From: an uncultured Candidatus Saccharibacteria bacterium
Lineage (GTDB): Bacteria; Patescibacteriota; Minisyncoccia; Phycocordibacterales; DSPV01
Reading direction: 5' to 3'
Length of the DNA stretch: 64,000 nucleotides
Assembly (NCBI GenBank): GCA_964617735.1
Contig: CAZTXT010000001.1
Coordinates: 532,776 to 596,775 of the forward strand
Shown: piece after piece, positions 28,894 to 38,436 of the stretch
Numbering within the stretch: position 1 is the first letter of the stretch
Layout: the number at the start of each line of letters is the position of its first letter
Notes under the pieces: model-generated
Databases searched by the model: none
What the model saw: only the letters and a program-made list of their open reading frames with translations
Told to the model about the DNA's origin: nothing
Position numbers and translations under genes: made by a program

Positions 28894-31187
28894 GGCGCTG
28901 TCACGAAGATACGCGATGGAAACTCCTCTTTTATTTTCTTTGCGGAGAGCAACTCCTCGATGAGCTCTCGAGCAATGAGATACGAGAGCGTCGACTCCGC
29001 TCCTTGATTGTCGTTCACGCCATCTTCCATGAGTCCGTCGTGGCAAGCGCCGGTCGCTGGCTCGACGATTGGCAGACCCAAAAGATTATTTCCCAAAAAC
29101 CAATAGAACACCCGCCACGCTTTCTCTCTGAAACGATCGTCGAGCGTAACCCGATACGCCGATGCAAGCGCCTGGATCATTGCGAGCGGCTCTTCAGGCT
29201 GCTGATCGAAATCCGAGCGCTCTTTGTCGCGTATATGCCAACCTCTCTGCCCCACCGGCACATAGATACCGCCGCGGAAATTGTTCTGAAGCAGGAAATC
29301 AAGCGTCCGCAACCCGATCTCCCGATACTCCGAAACGTTCGTAGCGCGAAATGCCTCAAGGAGCGCCGCGGGAAGTGCGCCGTTGGCATAGGTGAGGTGC
29401 GGTTCGAACCATTGCCACCGATCGAGCGAATGTTCCTGGAAGCGGGCTACTAGAAAATCGGCTTGCTCGCGTATCCGCCGTGTCAGGTCATCGGCGTTTT
29501 TGCGGACCTGCTTGCGCGCAGGAGCCGCGACCCGAGTCAAACCTAAGAGCAAAAACGCCTTGGGTCGCGCATGTTTGAGAACCCTACCGCTGGTCAAAAA
29601 ACGCTTCCAGAGAAGACGCGCTTCATCGCGCAGCGGCAAAGGCAGCGAGGCCTGTCCGATAAGCGCTCCCAGCGCCCAGAGCGCGCGGCCATTGGCATCG
29701 TCGAGATCAACATGAGGACCTTCAGGAGGATCGACGATAGCGCGCTTCTCGCCGATGTAATTGTGGAATGATCCTCGCCCTGTTTGGCAAAAGGCGACCA
29801 CGTTGAGATATTTCCGCGCCAATGCCAGCAAACTCCGGTCGCCAGTTGAACGATATCGCTCTGTACAAACGAGCATCGCACGGGCGTTATCATCGAGCGT
29901 GTAGCCTGAAGAGGGCTCTGGCTCGCTACCGCGAGCGAACTGTATCATGCCGAATCGATCCGTCATCTTCTCCAGGTGATCCAATGAAAAAGACGGCAAG
30001 AGCCGCACCCTATCCTCTAAGGATGGTGCAATCCGCATGCACTCTTCCTGGTAGGAGAGCGCGCAATTGGGCCAGAGCATCCCTCTCGTCATCTCATATG
30101 CCCGCAACTGCATGCGTTTGCGAGCGCGGGGATTGTCAAGAAGCGTAAGTATCGCTCGACTGAATTCATCTGGCTTCCTAAAATCTACCAGTATACCCAT
30201 ATTCTTCCGTACGATAAGTTCTTTCGCTTGCGCGAACTTCGTTGAGACGATGCAGCGGCCGCTCCCGAGAGCGTAAGAAAAGGTGCCGCTCACCGTCTGA
30301 TCCGGATCAAGCGATGTAGCGACGTAGATATCCGTCATCGCAAGGAATTTTAGAAGCTCGGGGAGGCTTTGATAGCGGCTGTAGAACTTCACATGCTTCT
30401 CGAGCTTGAGACGCTTGACCAGACGGATCAGACTCTTGCGATACTGTTCGCCATGCTGTGCCTGCACCAAGGGATGGGTCCGACCGATGAGCCAATACTC
30501 TGTATCCGGATGTTCTTTGACTATGGCCGGAAGCGATTCGATGACATACTCGATACCCTTACCGGGGCTCAAAAATCCGAACGTTGCCAGCACCTTTTTC
30601 TTGGAGAGTCCAGCGCGCGCTTTGGCATCCTCGGGAAAATGAAAAGCACTGGGGTGAACCCCATGCGGTATCGCGACGATCTGCTTGTCCGGAACCTTAT
30701 AAAGACGCGTCAGCGTATCGCGGGAATGACGGGACATCACGACGATGGAGCGCGCTTTCGGGATAAGCCGCTTCGTAACTGCCATCATCTCGGGAGAGGG
30801 GCGGGAGAGCGCGGAGTGCAAGACCAGCATGACGGGCTTTTTGATGCGATCGAGGAACTCGAGCAGATAATCTCCACAGACTCCGCCGAAGATCCCGTAC
30901 TCATGCTGGATGATAATGCACGAGATATCACTCCGTTTGTTGAGATTCTCGGCAAGGGAGAGATAGTCAGCTTTGCGATCGCGCCGGACCATCCAGCGCA
31001 CTTCCTTGGGATACCGTGAGCGTTCGATCCCCGTGATATCAACGGCCGCGACCTGAAAACGGATGCCCGGCTCAAAAAGCATCCGCTGGGCTTTAACAAG
31101 GTCGGCAGTGAACGTCGAAATCCCGTCCTCGTACGGCGGATAAGTCCCCAGGGTAACGATGGTCTGGACAGTTCGTTCTGCGCTCAT
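28890..31187 (-). CDS. GT4 glycosyltransferase fused to a C-terminal (alpha/alpha)-barrel domain
   Basis: QHEYGIFGG, IPHG, FGFLSPGKGIEY, SGTFSYA; C-terminal GYTLDDNARA, FDQQP, NQGAES. Confidence 0.88.
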   Translation of the reverse strand: MSAERTVQTIVTLGTYPPYEDGISTFTADLVKAQRMLFEPGIRFQVAAVDITGIERSRYPKEVRWMVRRDRKADYLSLAENLNKRSDISCIIIQHEYGIFGGVCGDYLLEFLDRIKKPVMLVLHSALSRPSPEMMAVTKRLIPKARSIVVMSRHSRDTLTRLYKVPDKQIVAIPHGVHPSAFHFPEDAKARAGLSKKKVLATFGFLSPGKGIEYVIESLPAIVKEHPDTEYWLIGRTHPLVQAQHGEQYRKSLIRLVKRLKLEKHVKFYSRYQSLPELLKFLAMTDIYVATSLDPDQTVSGTFSYALGSGRCIVSTKFAQAKELIVRKNMGILVDFRKPDEFSRAILTLLDNPRARKRMQLRAYEMTRGMLWPNCALSYQEECMRIAPSLEDRVRLLPSFSLDHLEKMTDRFGMIQFARGSEPEPSSGYTLDDNARAMLVCTERYRSTGDRSLLALARKYLNVVAFCQTGRGSFHNYIGEKRAIVDPPEGPHVDLDDANGRALWALGALIGQASLPLPLRDEARLLWKRFLTSGRVLKHARPKAFLLLGLTRVAAPARKQVRKNADDLTRRIREQADFLVARFQEHSLDRWQWFEPHLTYANGALPAALLEAFRATNVSEYREIGLRTLDFLLQNNFRGGIYVPVGQRGWHIRDKERSDFDQQPEEPLAMIQALASAYRVTLDDRFREKAWRVFYWFLGNNLLGLPIVEPATGACHDGLMEDGVNDNQGAESTLSYLIARELIEELLSAKKIKEEFPSRIFVTAP

Positions 31188-31330
31188 AGGCGATTATGGT
31201 TATGAAGACTTAATGGATGCAACTTGATTACGATAGGCCTTAGCATACCACGCGCGAACACGATTTCCGTAGAGTATTCAGGATCATCGGTACATGCTAT
31301 CATTCCTCTATACTCTAAAATTATCCAACC

Positions 31331-31621
31331 ATGAGCGACGCACAGCAACTTGAATTCCTCAAGCGAGAACTCGAACGGGAAACGCAAACCATCGAGCACA
31401 AGAAGCGTGAACTGGAGCGAGCCGAGGAAGATTTGAATAGGAAAAAACAGAATCTCGAACAAGAGCTTAAGCACGAAGAGGGGCATGTGGCGACACTGCG
31501 CAGAGAGCTCGATCCCCTCTTGCATGCACGGGAGCACCGACACGATGAGATCCACCGTATCGAGCAGGAACTTGAGCATAAACGACAAGAGGAAACGCGA
31601 AAGAAACACGAAGATCAATAA
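31331..31621 (+). CDS. highly charged coiled-coil protein
   Basis: 96 aa, E/K/R/H/Q-rich heptads. Confidence 0.6.
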   Translation: MSDAQQLEFLKRELERETQTIEHKKRELERAEEDLNRKKQNLEQELKHEEGHVATLRRELDPLLHAREHRHDEIHRIEQELEHKRQEETRKKHEDQ

Positions 31622-31657
31622 CGACGAGATTTTCTGTGGTACTTGGGATCGTATCGA

Positions 31658-32569
31658 TCAATCGAATATAGAAACGAGATAGAGATCCAGTTCACGCTGA
31701 TCCACATCGTAAAAATTGCGATCATCATCGTGAAGCGCGGTCGCGAGCGCGACACCGACGAATCGCCAATGCCATGGCTCGAACTGATAATACATATTAT
31801 GCTCCGGATACGAGAGGATGAATCCGTACCGATACGCATTATCGAGAAGCCACTGGTAGGCGGAGGAATTCTTGAAGGGATCGAGTGTCGATCCGATTGC
31901 GGGCGTCGTGAAATCGACGGCGGTACCGAGCTGATGCTCGGAATATCCTTGGTCGGCGGAGAACTGATTCGCGCCTGAACCAAAAACTACCTTATAGCTG
32001 TATTTGAGCGTCGCTTGCGTACCAAAAGAGCGGTAGGCAGAGAGGATCCGTATCGGCACGCTCGAAGAAGCGGCGGCCTGCAATAGGGCCTGTAGATGCG
32101 GCCAGACGAGCGTGTGAATGGAGAGGGGCTTTGTCTTGTCGAATGCGAATTCGGAAGTATGGATATCAGTGAGCGACGAGGGGACGTAATTTTCGTTCAA
32201 GAAATATACTTTTGAATACTTCTGCAGAAGCTCGCGGTCGATCTTGCTTAATTTCTCATACGTTCCCAGTATCGTCGTGACACTTTTGAGCTGGTTGTCG
32301 TAATAGTCATTCTTCCCCCTCGCTTCGTTCAAAGCCTCCGCGAGGGTGACATTGTCTTGTGTCGTACTCGAAAGCTGTGCGGCGATGAGCTGCAGCGCAT
32401 GATTTTGCGAGTCAGTAGTCGAAGCAAACTGGAGCTTAGCGCTCTCGAATTTTGCAGAGAGCGTACTATAGCGATAGTATCCATACCCAAAACCTGCCAG
32501 AACTGCGAGAAAGAACAGCAACTCAAGCGTGGTCCGTACCGACAGGGATTGATGCGATTTCGCGTTCAT
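31658..32569 (-). CDS. M15B D-Ala-D-Ala carboxypeptidase (VanY/LdcB-like) with coiled-coil stalk
   Basis: SAYRS, SEHQLGTAVD, EPWHWR; N-terminal TM. Confidence 0.9.
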   Translation of the reverse strand: MNAKSHQSLSVRTTLELLFFLAVLAGFGYGYYRYSTLSAKFESAKLQFASTTDSQNHALQLIAAQLSSTTQDNVTLAEALNEARGKNDYYDNQLKSVTTILGTYEKLSKIDRELLQKYSKVYFLNENYVPSSLTDIHTSEFAFDKTKPLSIHTLVWPHLQALLQAAASSSVPIRILSAYRSFGTQATLKYSYKVVFGSGANQFSADQGYSEHQLGTAVDFTTPAIGSTLDPFKNSSAYQWLLDNAYRYGFILSYPEHNMYYQFEPWHWRFVGVALATALHDDDRNFYDVDQRELDLYLVSIFD

Positions 32570-32588
32570 GAACTACATAATAGCATAA

Positions 32589-32618
32589 GGGCCGTCCCGA
32601 CGTACGTCGGGACGGCCC
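32589..32618. repeat. perfect 30-bp palindrome (possible terminator)
   Basis: GGGCCGTCCCGACGT|ACGTCGGGACGGCCC. Confidence 0.7.
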
Positions 32619-32674
32619 GTTCTCTGCTTGGATTATCGCCGAGCTCCATGTGCTCAAACTGACCCGGCACCGAT

Positions 32675-32992
32675 TCATTCCCAGAACGCGCTTTGCATGG
32701 AAGGAAACGCGACACTATGATTGCTAAAGAGGTTCGGAGGACGGCGTTGCCGTTTCCGCTTGAAATTGTGCAGGTAAACCTCGTACGGAGAGAGGGATCC
32801 GAACTTGAGTTTCGAATCGAACACGCGCTGTTTCTTTATTCGGTCAAGTCTCGCGTCAATGAGGTCAAGCTCAGTGTAATGCTTTATAAGGAACGTGATC
32901 CTCGATGTGTCTGTATGCCTTTTCGGGGGCATGAATTTCCAGAATTCCTGGAGAACAAAAGCCGATAACGGCTCGAATGAGGGTATACTCAT
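32675..32992 (-). CDS. hypothetical protein
   Basis: MSIPSFEPL... with GGAG upstream; divergent from cyoA. Confidence 0.45.
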   Translation of the reverse strand: MSIPSFEPLSAFVLQEFWKFMPPKRHTDTSRITFLIKHYTELDLIDARLDRIKKQRVFDSKLKFGSLSPYEVYLHNFKRKRQRRPPNLFSNHSVAFPSMQSAFWE

Positions 32993-33080
32993 ATCTCCCT
33001 CAAGTATACCGGACCGATCGGACTGTGCCAAAAATAACCGGCTTGCTATACTAACGGATGAATACGCTAACGCCAAAACG

Positions 33081-33983
33081 GTGAACCGAAAGAGTTTGTT
33101 CCTATTTATAGCGCTAGGTGTCATACTGATGATCACATACGCGGTGTTCATCGGAGGCGGACGCTTGGTAGTGCTCAATCCGCAGGGAACCATCAGTCTT
33201 GAAGAGCGCAATCTTATCGCAACGGCGGTGCTCTTGATGCTTACCATCGTCATACCCGCTCTGGTGATGACCTTCTATTTCGCGTGGAGATACCGTGCGG
33301 GCAATACGAAAGAGATATATGCGCCGGATTGGTCGGGGAATCCGCGCATCCAGCTTATCTGGTGGGTCGTGCCAGCTGCGGTCATTTCCATCCTCGCTCT
33401 GATCACCTGGCGTGGCACTCACGCCCTCGACCCATACAAACCCATCGCTTCCGATGAAAAGCCACTGACCATACAAGTCGTTGCCCTTCGTTGGAAATGG
33501 CTTTTTATTTACCCTGACCTCAATATCGCGACGGTAAACACTCTTGAGCTTCCCGTCGGCACGCCGCTTAATTTTGAGCTTACGGCTGATGCGCCCATGA
33601 GTTCTTTCTGGATACCAGCGTTGGGCGGCCAGATGTATGCGATGGCAGGTATGACAACGCAGCTTCATCTCTTAGCCAATGCACCGGGAACATTCAAAGG
33701 CTCCAATGCCGAGATCAGTGGCGCTGGATTTTCAAGTATGACGTTTCCGGTAAAGGCGCTGTCGCGCGATGATTTCAATGTTTGGGTCTTGACTGCACGC
33801 GCATCGGGACGAGTGCTCAACGCAGATGAATACGCAACCGTGGCGAAACCGAGCGAGAATGCGCCGATACAGTATTATTCTTCCGTCCAAGACGACCTGT
33901 ATACTATGATAATGATGAGCTATATGATGCCGATGCCGGAGATGACCGGAAGCACAGAACCAACAGCGGATAGCCATTATTGA
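33081..33983 (+). CDS. cyoA: ubiquinol oxidase subunit II
   Basis: VLNPQG, THALDPY, WKWLFIYP, SFWIPALGGQMYAMAGM; no CuA Cys/His ligands; start placed at GTG 33081. Confidence 0.93.
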   Translation: MNRKSLFLFIALGVILMITYAVFIGGGRLVVLNPQGTISLEERNLIATAVLLMLTIVIPALVMTFYFAWRYRAGNTKEIYAPDWSGNPRIQLIWWVVPAAVISILALITWRGTHALDPYKPIASDEKPLTIQVVALRWKWLFIYPDLNIATVNTLELPVGTPLNFELTADAPMSSFWIPALGGQMYAMAGMTTQLHLLANAPGTFKGSNAEISGAGFSSMTFPVKALSRDDFNVWVLTARASGRVLNADEYATVAKPSENAPIQYYSSVQDDLYTMIMMSYMMPMPEMTGSTEPTADSHY

Positions 33984-34002
33984 ATATGATGCGTGCACAC
34001 AC

Positions 34003-35979
34003 ATGAACATTCTCTTTGGAAAACTCACTCCCGCGGCGCTTCCCCACGAATGGTTCACGATCGGCGGAACCATCGCGATGGCCGCCACCGGTCTCTGCAT
34101 CGCCTTCCTTTTGACCTATTACAAGCGGTGGAAATGGCTTTGGAGCGAATGGTTGACCTCAACCGACCCTAAGAGGATCGGTATCATGTACATGGTGGTC
34201 GCCTCGGCGATGTTCGTGCGCGGCGCACTCGATGCCGTGATGATCTGGCTCCAACAATCTCTCGCCTCCGGCTCATCGCACGGCTACCTCTCGGCAGACC
34301 ATTTTCAGCAGATATTCACCGCGCACGGCAATATCATGGTCTTCTTCGTTACGATGGGATTCCTCTTCGGATTGATGAACCTGATACTGCCGCTTCAGAT
34401 CGGTGCTCGCGACCTCGCATTCCCCTTCCTTAATTCTTTGAGCTTCTGGCTCTACGTCGCTGGCGCGCTCCTCATCAATATGTTCTTCGTCGCGGGAGGC
34501 GAATTTGCCGCAACGGGGTGGCTCGCGGTTGCTCCGCTCTCGGGCATCCAATACAGCCCGGGGGTCGGGGTGGATTATTGGATATGGAGCCTGCAGGTCT
34601 CCGGACTCGGAACATTGTTAGGCGGCATCAATTTTTTGGTTACTATCATTAAAATGCGGGCGCCCGGCATGACGCTGATGAAAATGCCTCTCTTCACATG
34701 GACATCGCTGTGCAGCATGGTCCTTATCGTCTCGGTCTTCCCTATTCTCGCCGCCACGATCGCGCTCCTCTTCCTCGATCGGTTCTTTGGCTTGCATTTC
34801 TTCACCTCAAGCTTTGGCGGGAACCCCATGATGTACATCAATCTCATCTGGTCATGGGGACATCCGGAAGTCTATATTCTCATCCTTCCTGCGTTCGGAG
34901 TTTTCAGCGAGGTAGTCTCTACGTTCTCGCAGAAACGCCTCTTCGGCTACACCTCGATGGTCGCCGCCGCGATCGGCATCACGCTTCTCTCTCTCCTGGT
35001 CTGGCTGCACCACTTCTTTACGATGGGAGCTGGCGCTGACGTCAACGCGTTCTTCGGCATCATGACCATGTTCATTTCAGTACCTACCGGCCTCCAGGTC
35101 TTCAACTGGATCTGTACGATGTACAGAGGCAAGATCGTCTTTTCGACCCCGATGTACTGGTTCCTCGGTTTCGTCGGCACCTTCACGTTCGGCGGCATGG
35201 CGGGAGTCCTCATGGCAATCCCTCCGGCCGATTTCCAACTGCATAACAGTTTATTCCTCGTCGCCCACTTCCACACGATGATCATCGGAGGCGCGCTCTT
35301 CGGAATATTCGCCGGCTTTACCTATTGGTTCCCCAAAGTCATGGGGTTTCGGCTCAATGAACGCCTCGGTAAATATGCCTTTTGGTGTTGGCTCGTCGGC
35401 TTCTTCGTATCATTCGTCCCCCTCTATATTTTGGGGCTGATGGGCGCGACCCGCCGCCTCGACCACTACGATGCCTCGACAGGCTGGCAACCCCTTTTTA
35501 TGATCGCACTCCTCGGCTCTCTGATCATCACCGTTGGGGTTATCTTCCAGTTGGTCCAAATCATCGTGAGCATCAAACAGCGGAAACTGAATACCGATAC
35601 GACGGGCGATCCATGGAATGGGCGGACGCTTGAATGGTCAACCGCATCCCCCGCACCAGCTTACAATTTTGCATTGATACCACGCGTGGAGAGCCGCGAT
35701 GCATTTTGGGAAATGAAAAAAGGCAAGAAACCGCGACTCTCGGGCGCTGATTTTAAGGACATCCTGATGCCCAAAAACACTCCGATCGGCATTTATATCG
35801 CAGGATTCGTATTTCTCTTCGGCTTCGCGGCCGTCTGGCATATCATTTGGCTTATGATCGCAGGTATCATCGGGGCGATCGCCTGCGCCGTGATCCGCAT
35901 GTTCGACGAGGAAACCGAATACACTATCCCCGCGAGCGAGATCGCGAAAATAGAAGCCCAAAGAACTGTTCATGGATAA
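34003..35979 (+). CDS. cyoB: ubiquinol oxidase subunit I
   Basis: quinol-site R/D/H/Q (VRGALD, DHFQQ), TAHG, WGHPEVY, WLHHF, AHFH. Confidence 0.96.
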   Translation: MNILFGKLTPAALPHEWFTIGGTIAMAATGLCIAFLLTYYKRWKWLWSEWLTSTDPKRIGIMYMVVASAMFVRGALDAVMIWLQQSLASGSSHGYLSADHFQQIFTAHGNIMVFFVTMGFLFGLMNLILPLQIGARDLAFPFLNSLSFWLYVAGALLINMFFVAGGEFAATGWLAVAPLSGIQYSPGVGVDYWIWSLQVSGLGTLLGGINFLVTIIKMRAPGMTLMKMPLFTWTSLCSMVLIVSVFPILAATIALLFLDRFFGLHFFTSSFGGNPMMYINLIWSWGHPEVYILILPAFGVFSEVVSTFSQKRLFGYTSMVAAAIGITLLSLLVWLHHFFTMGAGADVNAFFGIMTMFISVPTGLQVFNWICTMYRGKIVFSTPMYWFLGFVGTFTFGGMAGVLMAIPPADFQLHNSLFLVAHFHTMIIGGALFGIFAGFTYWFPKVMGFRLNERLGKYAFWCWLVGFFVSFVPLYILGLMGATRRLDHYDASTGWQPLFMIALLGSLIITVGVIFQLVQIIVSIKQRKLNTDTTGDPWNGRTLEWSTASPAPAYNFALIPRVESRDAFWEMKKGKKPRLSGADFKDILMPKNTPIGIYIAGFVFLFGFAAVWHIIWLMIAGIIGAIACAVIRMFDEETEYTIPASEIAKIEAQRTVHG

Positions 35980-36541
35980 GTACGACCAGGGCGAAAAAAA
36001 TATCTTCGGTTTCTGGGTCTATCTGATGACCGACCTCTTAATGTTCGGCGTGCTGTTCGCGGCGTACGCGGTTCTGCGCACGAATACCTTCGGCGGTCCG
36101 GGAGGTCGTGATCTCTTCAATCTTCCATTTGCGCTCACCGAAACGCTCATACTCCTGACGTCGAGCTTCACCTGCGGCCTCTCTATGCTTGCTGCGCGTG
36201 AGCATCGGATGAGCGGGGTGGTCACGTGGCTTGGCACTACGTTCATTTTGGGAATCACCTTCCTCGTCCTGGAACTGAAAGAATTCTCGCACCTCGTAAG
36301 CGACGGAAACGGACCGCAGCACAGCGCTTTTCTGTCCTCATTCTTCACGCTCGTGGGAACGCACGGCTTGCACATCACCTTCGGCCTCTTGTTCATCACA
36401 ATACTGCTTGTCCAAGCATCACGACAAGGTCTCACCGAAGCGATGGTGAATCGGCTCGCACGCATGAGCATGTTCTGGCATTTTCTCGATGTCGTATGGA
36501 TATTCATATTTACCATCGTTTACCTTTCAGCCTTCGTTTAG
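35972..36541 (+). CDS. cyoC: ubiquinol oxidase subunit III
   Basis: FGFWVYLMTD, ETLILLTSSFT, LVGTHGLH, FWHFLDVVW. Confidence 0.95.
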   Translation: MDKYDQGEKNIFGFWVYLMTDLLMFGVLFAAYAVLRTNTFGGPGGRDLFNLPFALTETLILLTSSFTCGLSMLAAREHRMSGVVTWLGTTFILGITFLVLELKEFSHLVSDGNGPQHSAFLSSFFTLVGTHGLHITFGLLFITILLVQASRQGLTEAMVNRLARMSMFWHFLDVVWIFIFTIVYLSAFV

Positions 36542-36555
36542 TACCGATCAAGAAC

Positions 36556-36915
36556 ATGGAGACACCGAAAGAAAACCAGAAACTCACGCTATCCTATATC
36601 ATAGGGTTCATCGCTTCCCTTGTGCTGACACTGGTCGCGTATTTTCTGGTCGCTGGTCATCGGTTCGAGGGCGGCGTATTACTATCAGCGATCCTTGGCC
36701 TGGCGATAATCCAGCTTTTGGTGCAGCTGATCTGTTTCCTACATATCGGACACGAGACCGGACCTCGATGGAACCTCGCCGCGCTCATCTCCACCCTCTC
36801 CGTCATTGGTATCGTCGTGGTCGGGTCGCTGTGGATCATGGCGCATCTCAACTACAACATGACACCAACGGAGGTTGATTCGTACGTGATGCACCAGGAA
36901 GGAATGCAGAAATAA
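36556..36915 (+). CDS. cyoD: ubiquinol oxidase subunit IV
   Basis: YIIGFIASLVLT, QLICFLH, GSLWIM. Confidence 0.93.
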   Translation: METPKENQKLTLSYIIGFIASLVLTLVAYFLVAGHRFEGGVLLSAILGLAIIQLLVQLICFLHIGHETGPRWNLAALISTLSVIGIVVVGSLWIMAHLNYNMTPTEVDSYVMHQEGMQK

Positions 36916-36988
36916 AAAAGCTCGCACCAGAGGTACGAGCAGTTAAACATGCATAGAGTGTCCTTTCTCCTAAAGTTGTTTAAGTCTT

Positions 36989-37396
36989 TTAGTCAGGAAT
37001 CTCGACAACGCTTCCGGCGCTTCGAAATGCTCGGCGCAAAAAGCGTTCTCTCTTCTCAGCTGCCACACGGGGCAAGAGGCCACGAACCTGATAGCATAAC
37101 CAAATGAGTTTGGCTCCACCCTCCCTTTTCTTGAAGTGATGAGCCAATTTGATTATATCCTCGATGAGATCCGGAGACTCGCACAGAACTTTCCGTGCCA
37201 AGTCTTTGAACTCACTGATGGATGTGTGTCCTTGAATCAGAAACATCCGTTCTGATTTGTTGCCCTTCCGAGCAAGTTGTCTTGCAACATCTTCGCGCTC
37301 CTTTAACATTCGCGCTTGATCTGCTAACACCTGGCTCTTTTCTTCGTCCGTGATTAACCCGACTTTGTTCAATGCATCAGCTAATGAGGTAGACAT
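36989..37396 (-). CDS. hypothetical protein inserted between cyoD and cyoE
   Basis: 135-aa ORF starting MSTSLADALNKVGL, on the opposite strand. Confidence 0.6.
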   Translation of the reverse strand: MSTSLADALNKVGLITDEEKSQVLADQARMLKEREDVARQLARKGNKSERMFLIQGHTSISEFKDLARKVLCESPDLIEDIIKLAHHFKKREGGAKLIWLCYQVRGLLPRVAAEKRERFLRRAFRSAGSVVEIPD

Positions 37397-37537
37397 AAAC
37401 AGTATTTTTGGTGTTCTTTATCATGGATCCGCTAGCAGAAACTAGCTTCTCCAAATCCAATAGCACATTAACACAACATACGATGTATTGTCAACATCTC
37501 TAAAACGGCCTATTTCCTATATAATTTGAGTACCAAC

Positions 37538-38389
37538 GTGTTTAAAAACTATTACGCGCTGACGAAACCCGGCATCATCTACGGCAACCTCATTACCACG
37601 GCGACGGGGTTTTTGCTGGCATCCAAATGGAATGTAAATCTAGCACTACTTATCGCAACACTATCGGGTATCGCTCTCGTGATGGCATCGGGGTGCGTGT
37701 TCAACAACATCATAGACAGAGCCATCGACGCACGAATGGAGCGGACGAAAAGTCGCGGCCTAGTTACGGGAAAGATTTCAAAACAAAATGCGGTTATCTT
37801 CGCTCTCCTCCTTGGAATCGGCGGCCTCTTCATGCTCGGGAAATATACTAATCCCCTCTCGCTTGGCATCACCCTGGTTGGCGTCTTTGTCTATCTTGTT
37901 CTCTACACCATCGGCAAGCGCCGCTCCATGTACGGGCCCCTGATCGGAAGCATCGCGGGTGCAGTCCCGCCCGTGGTCGGCTACACTGCCGTAACCGCTC
38001 ATCTCGAGCTTGCGGCGATGATTCTATTTCTGATGCTCATTCTCTGGCAGATGCCGCATTTCTACGCGATCGCCATCTTCCGTAAGGAAGAATATGCCAT
38101 GGCAGGAATCCCGATACTCCCCATACAAAGAGGCATTCGGAGCACGAAGATCTTGATCGTGCTCTACATAATCGCCTTCGCGATCGTCTCGCTTTCCCTC
38201 ACCCTTTTGGGATCAAGCGGCCGCATCTACTTTTCGGTTGTCCTGGCGCTCAATATCGCATGGCTTTCTCTCTCCCTGTGGGGTTTCCGTGCAGCAGATG
38301 AAAAGCTCTGGGCTCGGAAGATGTTTTTCTTTTCGCTCTTTACCCTCCTTATAACCTTCATAGCGCTCGCGCTCGATGTGACACAATGA
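37538..38389 (+). CDS. cyoE: protoheme IX farnesyltransferase (heme O synthase)
   Basis: LTKPGII, NNIIDRAIDARMERT..R, GAVPP, WQMPHF. Confidence 0.95.
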   Translation: MFKNYYALTKPGIIYGNLITTATGFLLASKWNVNLALLIATLSGIALVMASGCVFNNIIDRAIDARMERTKSRGLVTGKISKQNAVIFALLLGIGGLFMLGKYTNPLSLGITLVGVFVYLVLYTIGKRRSMYGPLIGSIAGAVPPVVGYTAVTAHLELAAMILFLMLILWQMPHFYAIAIFRKEEYAMAGIPILPIQRGIRSTKILIVLYIIAFAIVSLSLTLLGSSGRIYFSVVLALNIAWLSLSLWGFRAADEKLWARKMFFFSLFTLLITFIALALDVTQ

Positions 38390-38436
38390 TAAAGCGCTCG
38401 TTGCTGTGCAGCGAGCGCTTCAGAGAAGCTTATTCC

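Noticed and set aside
31202-31217. TCCAT-N6-TTCAT on the - strand before the GT4 gene as a regulon site
   Set aside because: No -10 at the 11-nt spacing; it sits almost on the start codon, so the geometry does not match
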